A DNA stretch of 64,000 nt. It comes from Eledone cirrhosa. Taxonomy: Eukaryota. The stretch spans positions 132,494,001 to 132,558,000 of the forward strand of contig OZ024744.1 in the NCBI GenBank assembly GCA_964016885.1, written 5' to 3'. The notes below the pieces were generated by a model. The model was given only the letters and a program-made list of their open reading frames with translations, did not search any database and was not told where the DNA came from. This document shows, piece after piece, positions 12,601 through 23,921 of this stretch; within the stretch, counting starts at the first letter, position 1; the number at the start of each line of letters is the position of its first letter. Position numbers and translations under genes: made by a program.

Positions 12601-13347
12601 GGTTAAGTTAAGTTGGGGTTAAGTTAAGTTGAGGTTAAGTTAACTTGGGGTTAAGTTAAGTTTGGGTTAAGTTAAGTTGGGGTTGAGTTAAGTTGGGGTT
12701 GAGTTAAGTTGGGGTTAAGTTAAGTTGGGGTTAAGTTAAGTTGGGGTTAAGTTAAGTTGGGGTTAATTTAAGTTCGGGTTAAGTTAAGTTCGGGGTAAGC
12801 TAAGTTGGGGTTAAGTTAAATCGGGTCTAAGTTAAGTGGGAGGTTAAGTTAAGTTGGGGTTGAGTTAAGTTGTGGTTAAGTTAACTTGGGGTTAAGTTAA
12901 GTTAAGTTTGAGTTAAGTTGGGGTTAAGTTGGGGTTAAGTTAAGTTGGGGTTAAGTTACGTTGGGGTTAAGTTAAGTTGGGGTTAAGTTGAGGTTAAGTT
13001 AAGTTGTGGTTAAGTTAAGTTGGGGCTAAGTTAAGTTGGGGCTAAGTTAAGTTGGGGTTAAGTTAAGTTGGGGTTAATTTAAGTTGGGGTTAGGTTAAGT
13101 TGGGGATAAGTTAAGTTGGGGATAAGTTAAGTTGGGGTTAAGTTAAGTTGGGTTTACGTTAAGCTGGGGTTAAGTTAAGTTGGGGTTAAATTAAGTTGGG
13201 GTTAAGTTAAGTTTGGGTTAGGTTAAGTTGGGGATAAGTTAAGTTGGGGATAAGTTAAGTTGGGGTTAAGTTAAGTTGGGTTTAAGTTAAGTTGGGGTTA
13301 AGTTAAGTTGGGGTTAAGTTAAGTTGGGGTTAGGTTAAGTTGGGGTT

Positions 13348-13484
13348 AACCCCAACTTAACTTAACCCCAACTTAACTTAACCCCAACTTAACTTAACCC
13401 TAACTTAACTTAACCCCGACTTAACGTAAGCCCGACTTAACTTAACCCCATCTTAACTTACCCCCAAACTTAACTTAACCCCAA
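13348..13484 (-). repeat. Inverted 16-mer cassette (short type with ACGTAAGCCCG)
   Basis: Opens GGGGTT|AACCCC, closes CCAAAGTCGGAG. Confidence 0.93.
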
Positions 13485-14761
13485 AGTCGGAGTTAAGTTG
13501 GGGTTAAGTTAAGTTGGGGTTAAGTTAAGTGGTGGTTATGTTAAGTTGGGGTTAAGTTAAGTTGGGGTTAAATTAAGTTGGGGTTAAGTTAAGTTGGGTG
13601 TAAGTTAAGTTGGGGTTGAGTGAAGTTGGGGTTAAGTTAAGTTGGGGTTAAGTAGAGTTGGGGTTAAGTTAAGTTGGGGTTAAGTTAAGTTGGTGTTAAG
13701 TTGGGGTTAAGTTAAGTTGGGGTTAAGTTAAGTTGGGGTTGAGTGAAGTTGGGGTTAAGTTAAGTTGGGGTTAAATTAATTTGGGGTTAACTTAAGTTGG
13801 GTTTAAGTTAAGTTGCGGTTAAGTTAAGTTGGGGTTAAGTTAAGTTGGGGTTAAGTTAAGTCGGGGTTAAGTTAAGTTGGGGTTGAGTTAAGTTGGGGTT
13901 ATTTTAAGTTGAGGTTATGTTAAGTTGGGGTTAATTTAAGTTGGGGTTAAGTTAAGTTGGGGTTAATTTAAGTTGGGGTTAAGTTCAGTTGGGGTTAATT
14001 TAAGTTGGGGTTAAGTTAAGTTGGGTTTAAGTTAAGTTGGGGTTAAGTTAAGTTGGGGTTAAGTTAAGTTGGGTTTAAGTTAAGTTGGGGCTAAGTTAAG
14101 TTGGGTCTAATTTGAGTTGGGGTTAAGTTAAGTTGGGGTTAAGTTAAGTTGAGGTTAAATTAAGTTGGGGTTAATTAAGTTGGGGTTAAGTTAAGTTGGG
14201 GTTAAGTTAAGTTGAGGTTAAGTTAACTTGGGGTTAAGTTAAGTTGGGGTTAAGTTAAGTTGGGGTTGAGTTAAGTTGGGGTTGAGTTAAGTTGGGGTTA
14301 AGTTAAGTTGGGGTTAGGTTAAGTTGGGGATAAGTTAAGTTGGGGATAAGTTAAGTTGGGGTTAAGTTAAGTTGGGTTTAAGTTAAGTTGGGGTTAAGTT
14401 AAGTTGGGGTTAAGTTAAGTTGGGGTTAAGTTAAGTTGCGGTTAGTTAAGTTGAGTTTAAGTTAAGTTGGGGTTAATTTAAGTTGGGGTTAAGTTAAGTT
14501 GGGGTTCAGTTAAGTTGGGGTTAAGTCAAGTTGGGGTTAAGTTAAGTTGGGGTTAAGTTAAGTTGGGGTTAGGTTAAGTTGGGGATAATTTAAGTTGGGG
14601 ATAAGCTAAGTTGGGGTTAAGTTAAGTTGGGTTTAAGTTAAGTTGGGGTTAAGTTAAGTTGGGGTTAAATTAAGTTGGGGTTAAGTTAAGCTGGGGTTAA
14701 ATTAAGTTGGGGTTATGTTAAGTTGGGGTTAAGTTAAGTTGGGGTTAGTTTAAGTGGGGTT

Positions 14762-15106
14762 AACCCCAACTTAACTTAACCCCAACTTAACTTAACCCCA
14801 ACTTCACTCAACCCCAACTTAAATTAACCCCAACTTCACTCAACCCCAACTTAACTCAACCCCAACTTAAATTAACCCCAACTTAACTTAACCCTGACTT
14901 AACTTAACCCCGACTTAACTTAACCCCGACTTAACTTAACCCCAACTTAACTTAAACCCCAACTTAACTTAACCCCAACTTAACTTAACCCCAACTTGAC
15001 TTAACCCCAACTTAACTCACACCCAACTTAACTTACCCCCAACTTAACTTAACCACAACTTGACGTAAACCCAACTTAACTTAACCCCAACTTAACTTAA
15101 CCCCAA
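14762..15106 (-). repeat. Inverted 16-mer cassette (CCCTGAC type)
   Basis: Opens GTGGGGTT|AACCCC, closes CCAAAGTCGGAG. Confidence 0.93.
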
Positions 15107-15765
15107 AGTCGGAGTTCAGTTAAGTTGGGGTTCAGTTGAGTTAGGCTTAACTTAAGTTGGGGTTAAGTTAAGTTGGGGGTAAGTTAAGTTGGGGGTAAGT
15201 TAAGTTGGGGTTAAGTTAAGTTGGGGTTAAGTTGGGGTTAAGTTAAGTTAGGGTTAAGTTAAGTTGGGGTTGAGTTAAGTTGGGGTTAAGTTAAGTGGTG
15301 TTTATGTTAAGTTGGGGTTAAGTTAAGTTGGGGTTAAATTAAGTGGGGTTAACTTAAGTTGGGTGTAAGTTAAGGTGGGGTTGAGTGAAGTTGGGGTTAA
15401 GTTAAGTTGGGGTTAAGTTAAGTTAGGGTTAATTTAAGTTGGGGTTATGTTAAGTTGGTGTTAAGTTAAGTTGGGTTTAAGTCGAGTTGGGGTTAAGTTA
15501 AGTTGGGGTTAAGTTAAATTGGTGTTAAGTTAAGTTGGGGTTAAGTTAAGTTGGGGTTAGTTAAGTTGAGTTTAAGTTAAGTTGGGGTTAATTTAAGTTG
15601 GGGTTAAGTTAAGTTGGGGTTCAGTTAAGTTGGGGTTAAGTTAAGTTGGGGTTGAGTTAAGTTGTGGTTAAGTTAAGTTGGGGTTAGGTTAAGTTGGGGT
15701 TAAGTTAAGCTGGGGTTAAATTAAGTTGGGGTTAAGTTAAGTTGGGGTTAGGTTAAGTTGGGGTT

Positions 15766-16062
15766 AACCCCAACTTAACTTAACCCCAACTTAACTTAAC
15801 CCCAACTTCACTCAACCCCAACTTAACTTAACCCCAACTTCACTCAACCCCAACTTAACTCAACCCCAACTTAACTTAACCCCAACTTAACTTAACCCTA
15901 ACTTAACTTAACCCCGACTTAAACTTAACCCCGACTTAACTTAACCCCAACTTAACTTAACCCCAACTTAACTTAACCCCAACTTAACTTAATCCCAACT
16001 TGACTTAACCCCAACTTAACTCACACCCAACTTAACTTACCCCCAACTTAACTTAACCCCAA
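15766..16062 (-). repeat. Inverted 16-mer cassette (CCCTAAC type)
   Basis: Opens GGGGTT|AACCCC, closes CCAAAGTCGGAG. Confidence 0.93.
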
Positions 16063-18798
16063 AGTCGGAGTTAAGTTAAGTTGGGGTTAAGTTAAGTTAG
16101 GCTTAACTTAAGTTGGGGTTAAGTTAAGTTGGGGGTAAGTTAAGTTGGGGGTAAGTTAAGTTGGTGTTAAGTTAAGTTGGGGTTAAGATAAGTGGTGGTT
16201 ATGTTAAGTTGAGGTTAAGTTAAGTTAGGGTTAAATTAAGTTGGGGTTAAGTTAAGTTGGGTGTAAGTTAAGTTGGGGTTGAGTGAAGTTGGGGTTAAGT
16301 TAAGTTGGGGTTAAGTAGAGTTGGGGTTAAGTAAAGTTGGGGTTAAGTTAAGTTGGTGTTAAGTTGGGGTTAAGTTGGGGTTAAGTTAAGTGGTGGTTAT
16401 GTTAAGTTGGGGTTAAATTAAGTTGGGGTTAATTTAAATTGGGGTTAAGTTAACTTTGTGGTTAAGTTAAGTTGGGGTTAAGTTAAGTTGGGGTTAAATT
16501 AAGTTGGGGTTGAGTGAAGTTGGGGTTAAGTTAAGTTGGGGTTAACTTAAGTTGGGTTTAAGTTAAGTTGCGGTTAAGTTAAGTTGGGGTTAAGTTAAGT
16601 TGGGGTTAAGTTAAGTCGGGGTTAATTTAAGTTGGGGTTGAGTTAAGTTGAGGTTAATTTAAGTTGAGGTTATGTTAAGTTGGGGTTAATTTAAGTTGGG
16701 GTTAAGTTAAATTGGGGTTAAGTTAAGTTGGGGTTAATTTAAGTTGGGATTAAGTTCAGTTGGGGTTAAATTAAGTTGGGGTTAAGTTAAGCTGGGGTTA
16801 AATTAAGTTGGGGTTAAGTTAAGTTGGGGTTAAGTTAAGTTGGGGTTAAGTTAAGCTAGGGTTAATTTAAGTTGGGGTTATGTTAAGTTGGGGTTAAGTT
16901 AAGTTGGGGTTAAGTCGAGTTGGGGTTAAGTTAAGTTGGGGTTAGTTAAGTTGAGTTTAAGTTAAGTTGGGGTTAATTTAAGTTGGGGTTAAGTTAAGTT
17001 GGGGTTCAGTTAAGTTGGGGTTAAGTTAAGTTGGGGTTAAGTTAAGTTGGTTTAAGTTAAGTTGGGGTTAGGTTAAGTTGGGGATAAGTTAAGTTGGGGA
17101 TAAGCTAAGTTGGGGTTAAGTTAAGTTGGGTTTAAGTTAAGTTGGGGTTAAGTTAAGTTAGGCTTAACTTAAGTTGGGGTTAAGTTAAGTTGGGGGTAAA
17201 TTAAGTTGGGGGTAAGTTAAGTTGGGGTTAAGTTAAGTTGGGGTTAAGTTAAGTGGTGGTTATGTTAAGTTGGGGTTAAGTTAAGTTGGGGTTAAATTAA
17301 GTTGGGGTTAAGTTATGTTGGGTGTAAGTTAAGTTGGGGTTGAGTGAAGTTGGGGTTAAGTTAAGTTGGGGTTAAGTTAAGTTAGGGTTAATTTAAGTTG
17401 GGGTTATGTTAAGTTGGGGTTAAGTTAAGTTGGGGTTAAGTAGAGTTGGGGTTAAGTTAAGTTGGGGTTAAGTTAAGTTGGTGTTAAGTTGGGGTTAAGT
17501 TAAGTTGGGGTTAAGTTAAGTCGGGGTTAAGTTAAGTTGGGGTTGAGTTAAGTTGGGGTTAATTTAAGTTGAGGTTATGTTAAGTTGGGGTTAATTTAAG
17601 TTGGGGTTAATTTAAGTTGGGGTTAAGTTAAGTTGGGGTTAAGTTGAGGTTAAGTTAAGTTGTGGTTAAGTTAAGTTGGGGCTAATTTAAGTTGGGGCTA
17701 AGTTAAGTTGGGGCTAAGTTAAGTTGGGGTTAATTTAAGTTGGGGTTAAGTTAAGTTGGGTTTAATTTAAGTTGGGGTCAACTTAAGTTGGGGTTAATTT
17801 GAGTTGGGGTTAAATTAAGTTGGGGTTAATTTAAGTTGGGGCTAAGTTAAGTTGGGGCTGAGTTAAGTTGGGGTTAAGTTAAGTTGGGGTTAAGTTAAGT
17901 TGGGGTTAAGTTAATTTTGGGTTAAGTTAAGTTGTGGTTCAGTTAAGTTGGGGTTAAGTTAAGTTTGGGTTAATTTGGGGTTAAATTAAGTTGGGGTTAA
18001 GTTAAGTTGGGGTTAAGTTAAGTTGGGGTTAAGTTAAGTTGGGGTTAATTTAAGTTGGGGTTAAGTTAAGTCGGGGTTAAGTTAAGTCGGTGTTAAGTTA
18101 AGTTAGGGTTAAGTTAAGTTGGGGTTAAGTTAAGTTGGCTTTAAGTTAAGCTGGGGTTAAGTTAAGTTGGGGTTAAATTAAGTTGGGGTTAAGTTAAGTT
18201 GGGGTTAAGTTAAGTTGGGGTTAGGTTAAGTTGGGGATAAGTTAAGTTGGGGATAATTTAAGTTGGGGTTAAGTTAAGTTGGGTTTAAGTTAAGCTGGGG
18301 TTAAGTTAAGTTGGGGTTAAATTAAGTTGGGGTTAAGTTAAGTTGGGGTTAAGTTAAGTTTGGGTTAGGTTAAGTTGGGGATTAGTTAAGTTGGGGATAA
18401 GTTAAGTTGGGGTTAAGTTAAGTTGGGTTTAAGTTAAGTTGTGGTTAAGTTAAGTTGGGGTTAAGTTAAGTTGGGGGTTAAGTTAAGTTGGGGTTAGTTA
18501 AGTTTAGTTTAAGTTAAGTTGGGGTTAATTTAAGTTGGGGTTAAGTTAAGTTGGGGTTCAGTTAAGTTGGGGATAAGTCAAGTTGGGGTTAAGTTAAGTT
18601 GGGGTTAAGTTAAGTTGGGGTTAGGTTAAGTTGGGGATAAGTTAAGTTGGGGATAAGCTAAGTTGGGGTTAAGTTAAGTTGGGTTTAAGTTAAGTTGGGG
18701 TTAAGTTAAGTTGGGGTTAAATTAAGTTGGAGATAAGTTAAGCTGGGGTTAAATTAAGTTGGGGTTAAGTTAAGTTGGGGTTAGGTTAAGTTGGGGTT

Positions 18799-19063
18799 AA
18801 CCCCAACTTAACTTAACCCCAACTTAACTTAGCCCCAACTTCACTCAACCCCAACTTAACTTAACCCCAACTTAAGTTAACCCCAACTTAACTTAACCCT
18901 AACTTAACTTAACCCCGACTTAACTTAACCCCGACTTAACTTAACCCCAACTTAACTTAACCCCAACTTAACTTAACCCCAACTTAACTTAATCCCAACT
19001 TGACTTAACCCCAACTTAACTCACACCCAACTTAACTTACTCCCAACTTAACTTAACCCCCAA
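18799..19063 (-). repeat. Inverted 16-mer cassette (last type, with TTAGCCCC)
   Basis: Opens GGGGTT|AACCCC, closes CCAAATCGGAGTTACG. Confidence 0.93.
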
Positions 19064-22000
19064 ATCGGAGTTACGTTAAGTTGGGGTTAAGTTAAGTTAG
19101 GCTTAACTTAAGTTGGGCTTAAGTTAAGTTGGGGGTAAGTTAAGTTGGGGGTAAGTTAAGTTGGGGTTAATTGAAGTTGGGGTTAAGTTAAGTGGTGGTT
19201 ATGTTAAGTTGGGGTTAAGTTAAGTTGGGGTTAAATTAAGTTGGGGTTAAGTTAAGTTGGGTGTAAGTTAAGTTGGGGTTGAGTGAAGTTGGGGTTAAGT
19301 TAAGTTGGGGTTAAGTAGAGTTGGGGTTAAGTTAATTGGGGTTAAGTTAAGTTGGTGTTAAGTTGGGGTTAAGTTAAGTTGGGGTTAAGTTGGGGTTAAG
19401 TTAAGTGGTGGTTATGTTAAGTTGGGGTTAACTTAAGTTGGGGTTAATTTAAATTGGGGTTAAGTTAACTTTGTGGTTAAGTTAAGTTGGGGTTAAGTTA
19501 AGTTGGGGTTAAGTTAAGTTGGGGTTGAGGGAAGTTGGGGTTAAGTTAAGTTGGGGTTAACTTAAGTTGGGTTTAAGTTAAGTTGCGGTTAAGTTAAGTT
19601 GGGGTTAAGTTAAGTTGGGGTTAAGTTAAGTCGGGGTTAAGTTAAGTTGGGGTTGAGTTAAGTTGGGGTTAATTTAAGTTGAGGTTATGTTAAGTTGGGG
19701 TTAATTTAAGTTGGGGTTAAGTTAAGTTGGGGTTAAGTTAAGTTGGGGTTAATTTAAGTTGGGGTTAAGTTCAGTTGGGGTTAATTTAAGTTGGGGTTAA
19801 GTTAAGTTGGGTTTAAGTTAAGTTGGGGTTAAATTAAGTTGGGGTTAAATTAAGTTGGGGTTAAGTTAAGTTGGGGTTAGGTTAAGTTGGGGATAAGTTA
19901 AGTTGGGGATAAGCTAAGTTGGGGTTAAGTTAAGTTGGGTTTAAGTTAAGTTGGGGTTAAGTTAAGTCGGGGTTATGTTAAGTCGGTGTTAAGTTAAGTT
20001 AGGGTTAAGTTAAGTTGGGGTTAAGTTAAGTTGGGGTTGAGTTAAGTTGGGGTTGATTTAAATTGGGGTTGAGTTAATTTGGGGTTAAGTTAAGTTGGGG
20101 TTAAGTTAAGTTGGGGTTGAGTTAAGTTGGGGTTACCTCAAGTTGGGGCTAAGTTAAGTTGGGGCTGAGTTAAGTTGGGTGTACGTTAAGTTGGGGTTGA
20201 CTGAAGTTGGGGTTAAGTTAAGTTGGGGTTAAGTTAAGTTAGGGTTAATTTAAGTTGGGGTTATGTTAAGTTGGGGTTAAGTTAAGTTGGGGTTAAGTAG
20301 AGTTGGGGTTAATTTAAGTTGGGGTTAAGTTAAGTTGGTGTTAAGTTGGGGTTAATTTAAGTGGTGGTTATGTTAAGTTGGGGTTAAGTTAAGTTGGGGT
20401 TAATTTAAATTGGGGTTAAGTTAACTTTGTGGTTAAGTTAAGTTGGAGTTAAGTTAAGTTGGAGTTAAGTTAAGTTGGGGTTGAGTGAAGTTGGGGTTAA
20501 GTTAAGTTGGGGTTAACTTAAGTTGGGTTTGAGTTAAGTTGGGGTTAAGTTAAGTTGGGGTTTAATTAAGTTGGGGTTGAGTTAAGTTGGGGTTGACTTA
20601 AGTTGGGCTTAAGTTAAGTTGGGGTTAAGTTAAGATGTGGTTAAGTTAAGTTGGGGTTAAGTTAAATTGGGGTTAAATTAAGTTGGGGTTAAGTTAAGTT
20701 GGGGGTAAGGTAAGTTGGTGGTAAGTTAAGTTGGGGGTAAGTTAAGATGGGGCTAAGTTAAGTTGGGGTTAAGTTAATTTGGGGTTAAGTTAAGTTTGGG
20801 TTAAGTTAAGTTGGGGTTGACTTAAGTTGGGGTTAAGTTAAGTTGGGGTTATGTTAAGTTGGGTTTAAGTTAAGTTGGGGTTAAGTTAAGTTGGGGTTAA
20901 GTTAAGTTGCGGTTAAGTTAAGTTGGGGTTAAGTTAAGTTGGGGTTAAGTTAAGTTGGGGTTAAGTTAAGTTGGGGTTAATTTAAGTTGGGGTTAAATTA
21001 AGTTGGGGTTAATTTAAGTTGGGGGTTAAGATAAGTTGGGGTTAAGTTAAGTTGGGGTTAAATTAAGTTGGGGTTAAGTTAAGTTGGGGTTAATTTAAGT
21101 TGGGGTTAAGTTAAGTTGGGGTTGAGTTAAGTTGGGGGTAAGTTAAGTTAGGGGTAAGTTAAGTTGGGTGTAAGTTAAGATGGGGTTAAGTTAAGTTGGG
21201 GTTAAGTTATTTTGGGGTTAAGTTAAGTTGGGGGTAAGTTAAGTTGGTGATAAGTTAAGTTGGGGGTAAGTTAAGTTGGGGTTAAGTTAAGTTGGGTTAA
21301 GTTGGGGTTAAGTTAAGTTAGGGTTAAGTTAAGTTGGGGTTGAGTTAAGTTGGGGTTAAGTTAAGAGGTGGTTATGTTTAGTTGGGGTTAAGTTAAGTTG
21401 GGGTTAAGTTAAGTTGGGGTTAAGTTAAGTTGGGGTTAAGATAAGTTGGGGTTAAGTTAAGTTGGGGTTGAGTTAAGTTGGGGTTGAGTTAATTTGGGGT
21501 TAAGTTAAGTTGGGGTTAACTTAATTTGGGTTTAATTTAAGTTGGGGTTAAGTTAAGTTGGGGTTAAATTAAGTTGGGATTAAGTTAAGTTGGGTGTACG
21601 TTAAGTTGGGGTTGACTGAAGTTGGGGTTAAGTTAAGTTGGGGTTAAGTAGAGTTGGGGTTAATTTAAGTTGGGGTTAAGTTAAGTTGGTGTTAAGTTGG
21701 GGTTAAGTTAAGTTGGGGTTAAGTTGGGGTTAAGTTAAGTGGTGGTTATGTTAAGTTGGGGTTAAGTTAAGTTGGGGTTAATTTAAATTGGGGTTAAGTT
21801 AACTTTGTGGTTAAGTTAAGTTGGAGTTAAGTTAAGTTGGGGTTAAGTTAAGTTGGGGTTGAGTGAAGTTGGGGTTAATTTAAGTTGGGGTTCAGTTAAG
21901 TTGGGGTTAAGTTAAGTTGGGGTTGAGTTAAGTTGGGGTTAATTTAAGTTGAGGTTATTTTAAGTTGGGGTTAAGTTAAGTTGGGGTTAAGTTAAGTTGG

Positions 22001-23921
22001 GGTTAAGTTAAGTTGGGGTTAAGTTAAGTTGGGGTTAAGTTAAGTTGGGTTTAAGTTAAGTTGGGGTTAAATTAAGTTGGGGTTAAATTAAAGTGGGGTT
22101 AAGTTAAGTTGGGGGTAAGTTAAGTTGGGGGCAAGTTAAGTTGGTGTTAAGTTAAGTTGGGGTTAAGTTAAGTTGGGGTTAAGTTAAGTTGGGTTTAAGT
22201 TAAGTTGGGACTAAGTTAAGTTAGGGCTAAGTTCAGTTGGGGTAAAGTTAAGTTGGGGCTAAGTTAAGTTGGGTATAAGTTGAGTTGGGGTTAAGTTAAG
22301 TTGGGGTTAAGTTAAGTTGGGGTTAAATTAAGTTGGGGTTAATTAAGTTGGGGTTAAGTTAAGTTGGGGTTAAGTTAAGTTGGGGTTAATTTAAGTTGGG
22401 GTTGTGTTAATTTGGGGTTAAGTTAAGTTGGGGTTATATTAAGTTGGGGTTAAGTTAAGTTGGGTTTAAGTTAAGTTGGGGTTAAGTTAAGTTGGGGTTA
22501 AGTTGAGTTAGGGTTAATTTAAGTTGGGGTTATGTTAAGTTGGGGTTAAGTTAAGTTGGGGTTAAGTAGAGTTGGGGTTAATTTAAGTTGGGGTTAAGTT
22601 AAGTTGGTGTTAAGTTGGGGTTAAGTTAAGTTGGGGTTAAGTTGGGGTTAAGTTGAGTGGTGGTTATGTTAAGTTGGGGTTAAGTTAAGTTGGGGTTAAT
22701 TTAAATTGGGGTTAAGTTAACTTTGTGGTTAAGTTAAGTTGGAGTTAAGTTAAGTTGGGGTTAAGTTAAGTTGGGGTTGAGTTAAGTTGGGGTTAAATTA
22801 AGTTGGGGTTAAATTAAGGTGGGGTTAAGTTAAGTTGGGGGTAAGTTAAGTTGGGGGCAAGTTAAGTTGGTGTTAAGTTAAGTTGGGGTTAAGTTAAGTT
22901 GGGGTTAAGTTAAGTTGGGTTTAAGTTAAGTTGGGACTAAGTTAAGTTAGGGCTAAGTTAAGTTGGGGTTAATTAAGTTGGGGCTAAGTTAAGTTGGGTC
23001 TAAGTTGAGTTGGGGTTAAGTTAAGTTGGGGTTAAGTTAAGTTGGGGTTAAATTAAGTTGGGGTTAATTAAGTTGGGGTTAAGTTAAGTTGGGGTTAAGT
23101 TAAGTTGGGGTTAATTTAAGTTGGGGGTAAGTTAAGTTGGTGGTAAGTTAAGTTGGGGTTAAGTTAAGTTGGGGTTAATTTAAATTGGGGTTAATTTAAC
23201 TTTGTGGTTAAGTTAAGTTGGGGTTTATTTAAGTTGGGTTTAAGTTAAGTTGGGGTTGAGTTAAGTTGGGGTTGAGTGAAGTTGGGGTTAAGTTAAGTCG
23301 GGGTTAATTTAAGTTGGGGTTGAGTTAAGTCGGGGTTAATTCAAGTTGGGGCTAAGTTAATTTGTGGTTAAGTTAAGTTGGGGTTAAGTTAAGTTGGGGT
23401 TAAGTTAAGTTGGGGGTAAGTTAAGTTGGGGGCAAGTTAAGTTGGGGTTAAGTTAAGTTGCGGTTAATTTAAGTTGGGGTTAAGTTAAGTTGGGTTTAAG
23501 TTAAGTTGGGGTTCAGTTAAGTTGGGGTTTAGTTAAGTTGGGGTTAAGTTAAGTTGGGGTTGAGTTAAGTTGGGGTTTAATTAAGTTGGGGTTGAGTTAA
23601 GTTGGGGTTTAGTTAAGTGGGGGTTGAGTTAAGTTGGGGTTAAGCTAAGTTGGGGTTAAGTTAAATTGAGGTTAAGTTAACTTGGGTTTGAGTTAAGTTG
23701 GGGTTAAGTTAAGTTGGTGTTAAGTTCAGTTCAGGTTAAGTTAACTTGGGGTTAAGTTAAGTTGGGGTTGAGTTAAGTTGGGGTTGAGTTAAGTTGGGGT
23801 TAAGTTAAGTTGGGGTTAACTTAAGTTGGGGTTAAGTTAAGTTGGGGTTAATTTAAGTTGGGGTTCAGTTAAATTGAGGTTAAGATAACTTGGGTTTGCG
23901 TTAAGATGGGGTTAAGTTAGG

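Larger units (their letters stand above)
7802..23921 (+). repeat. Satellite B array 1: telomere-like 16-mer (TTAAGTTAAGTTGGGG)n, ~1000 units, with 7 inverted cassettes
   Basis: Direct reading. G-rich strand on +, with point variants (TTGAG, GTCGGGG, TTAGGG, GGATAAG, GGCTAAG) and 11-mer slippage units TTAAGTTGGGG. Confidence 0.97.

Noticed and set aside
7802-23921. Foldback or TIR transposon, or piggyBac (TTAA) insertion
   Set aside because: Opposite-orientation repeats at the two ends are just the satellite. There are no discrete TIRs, target-site duplication or transposase, and TTAA is part of every monomer.
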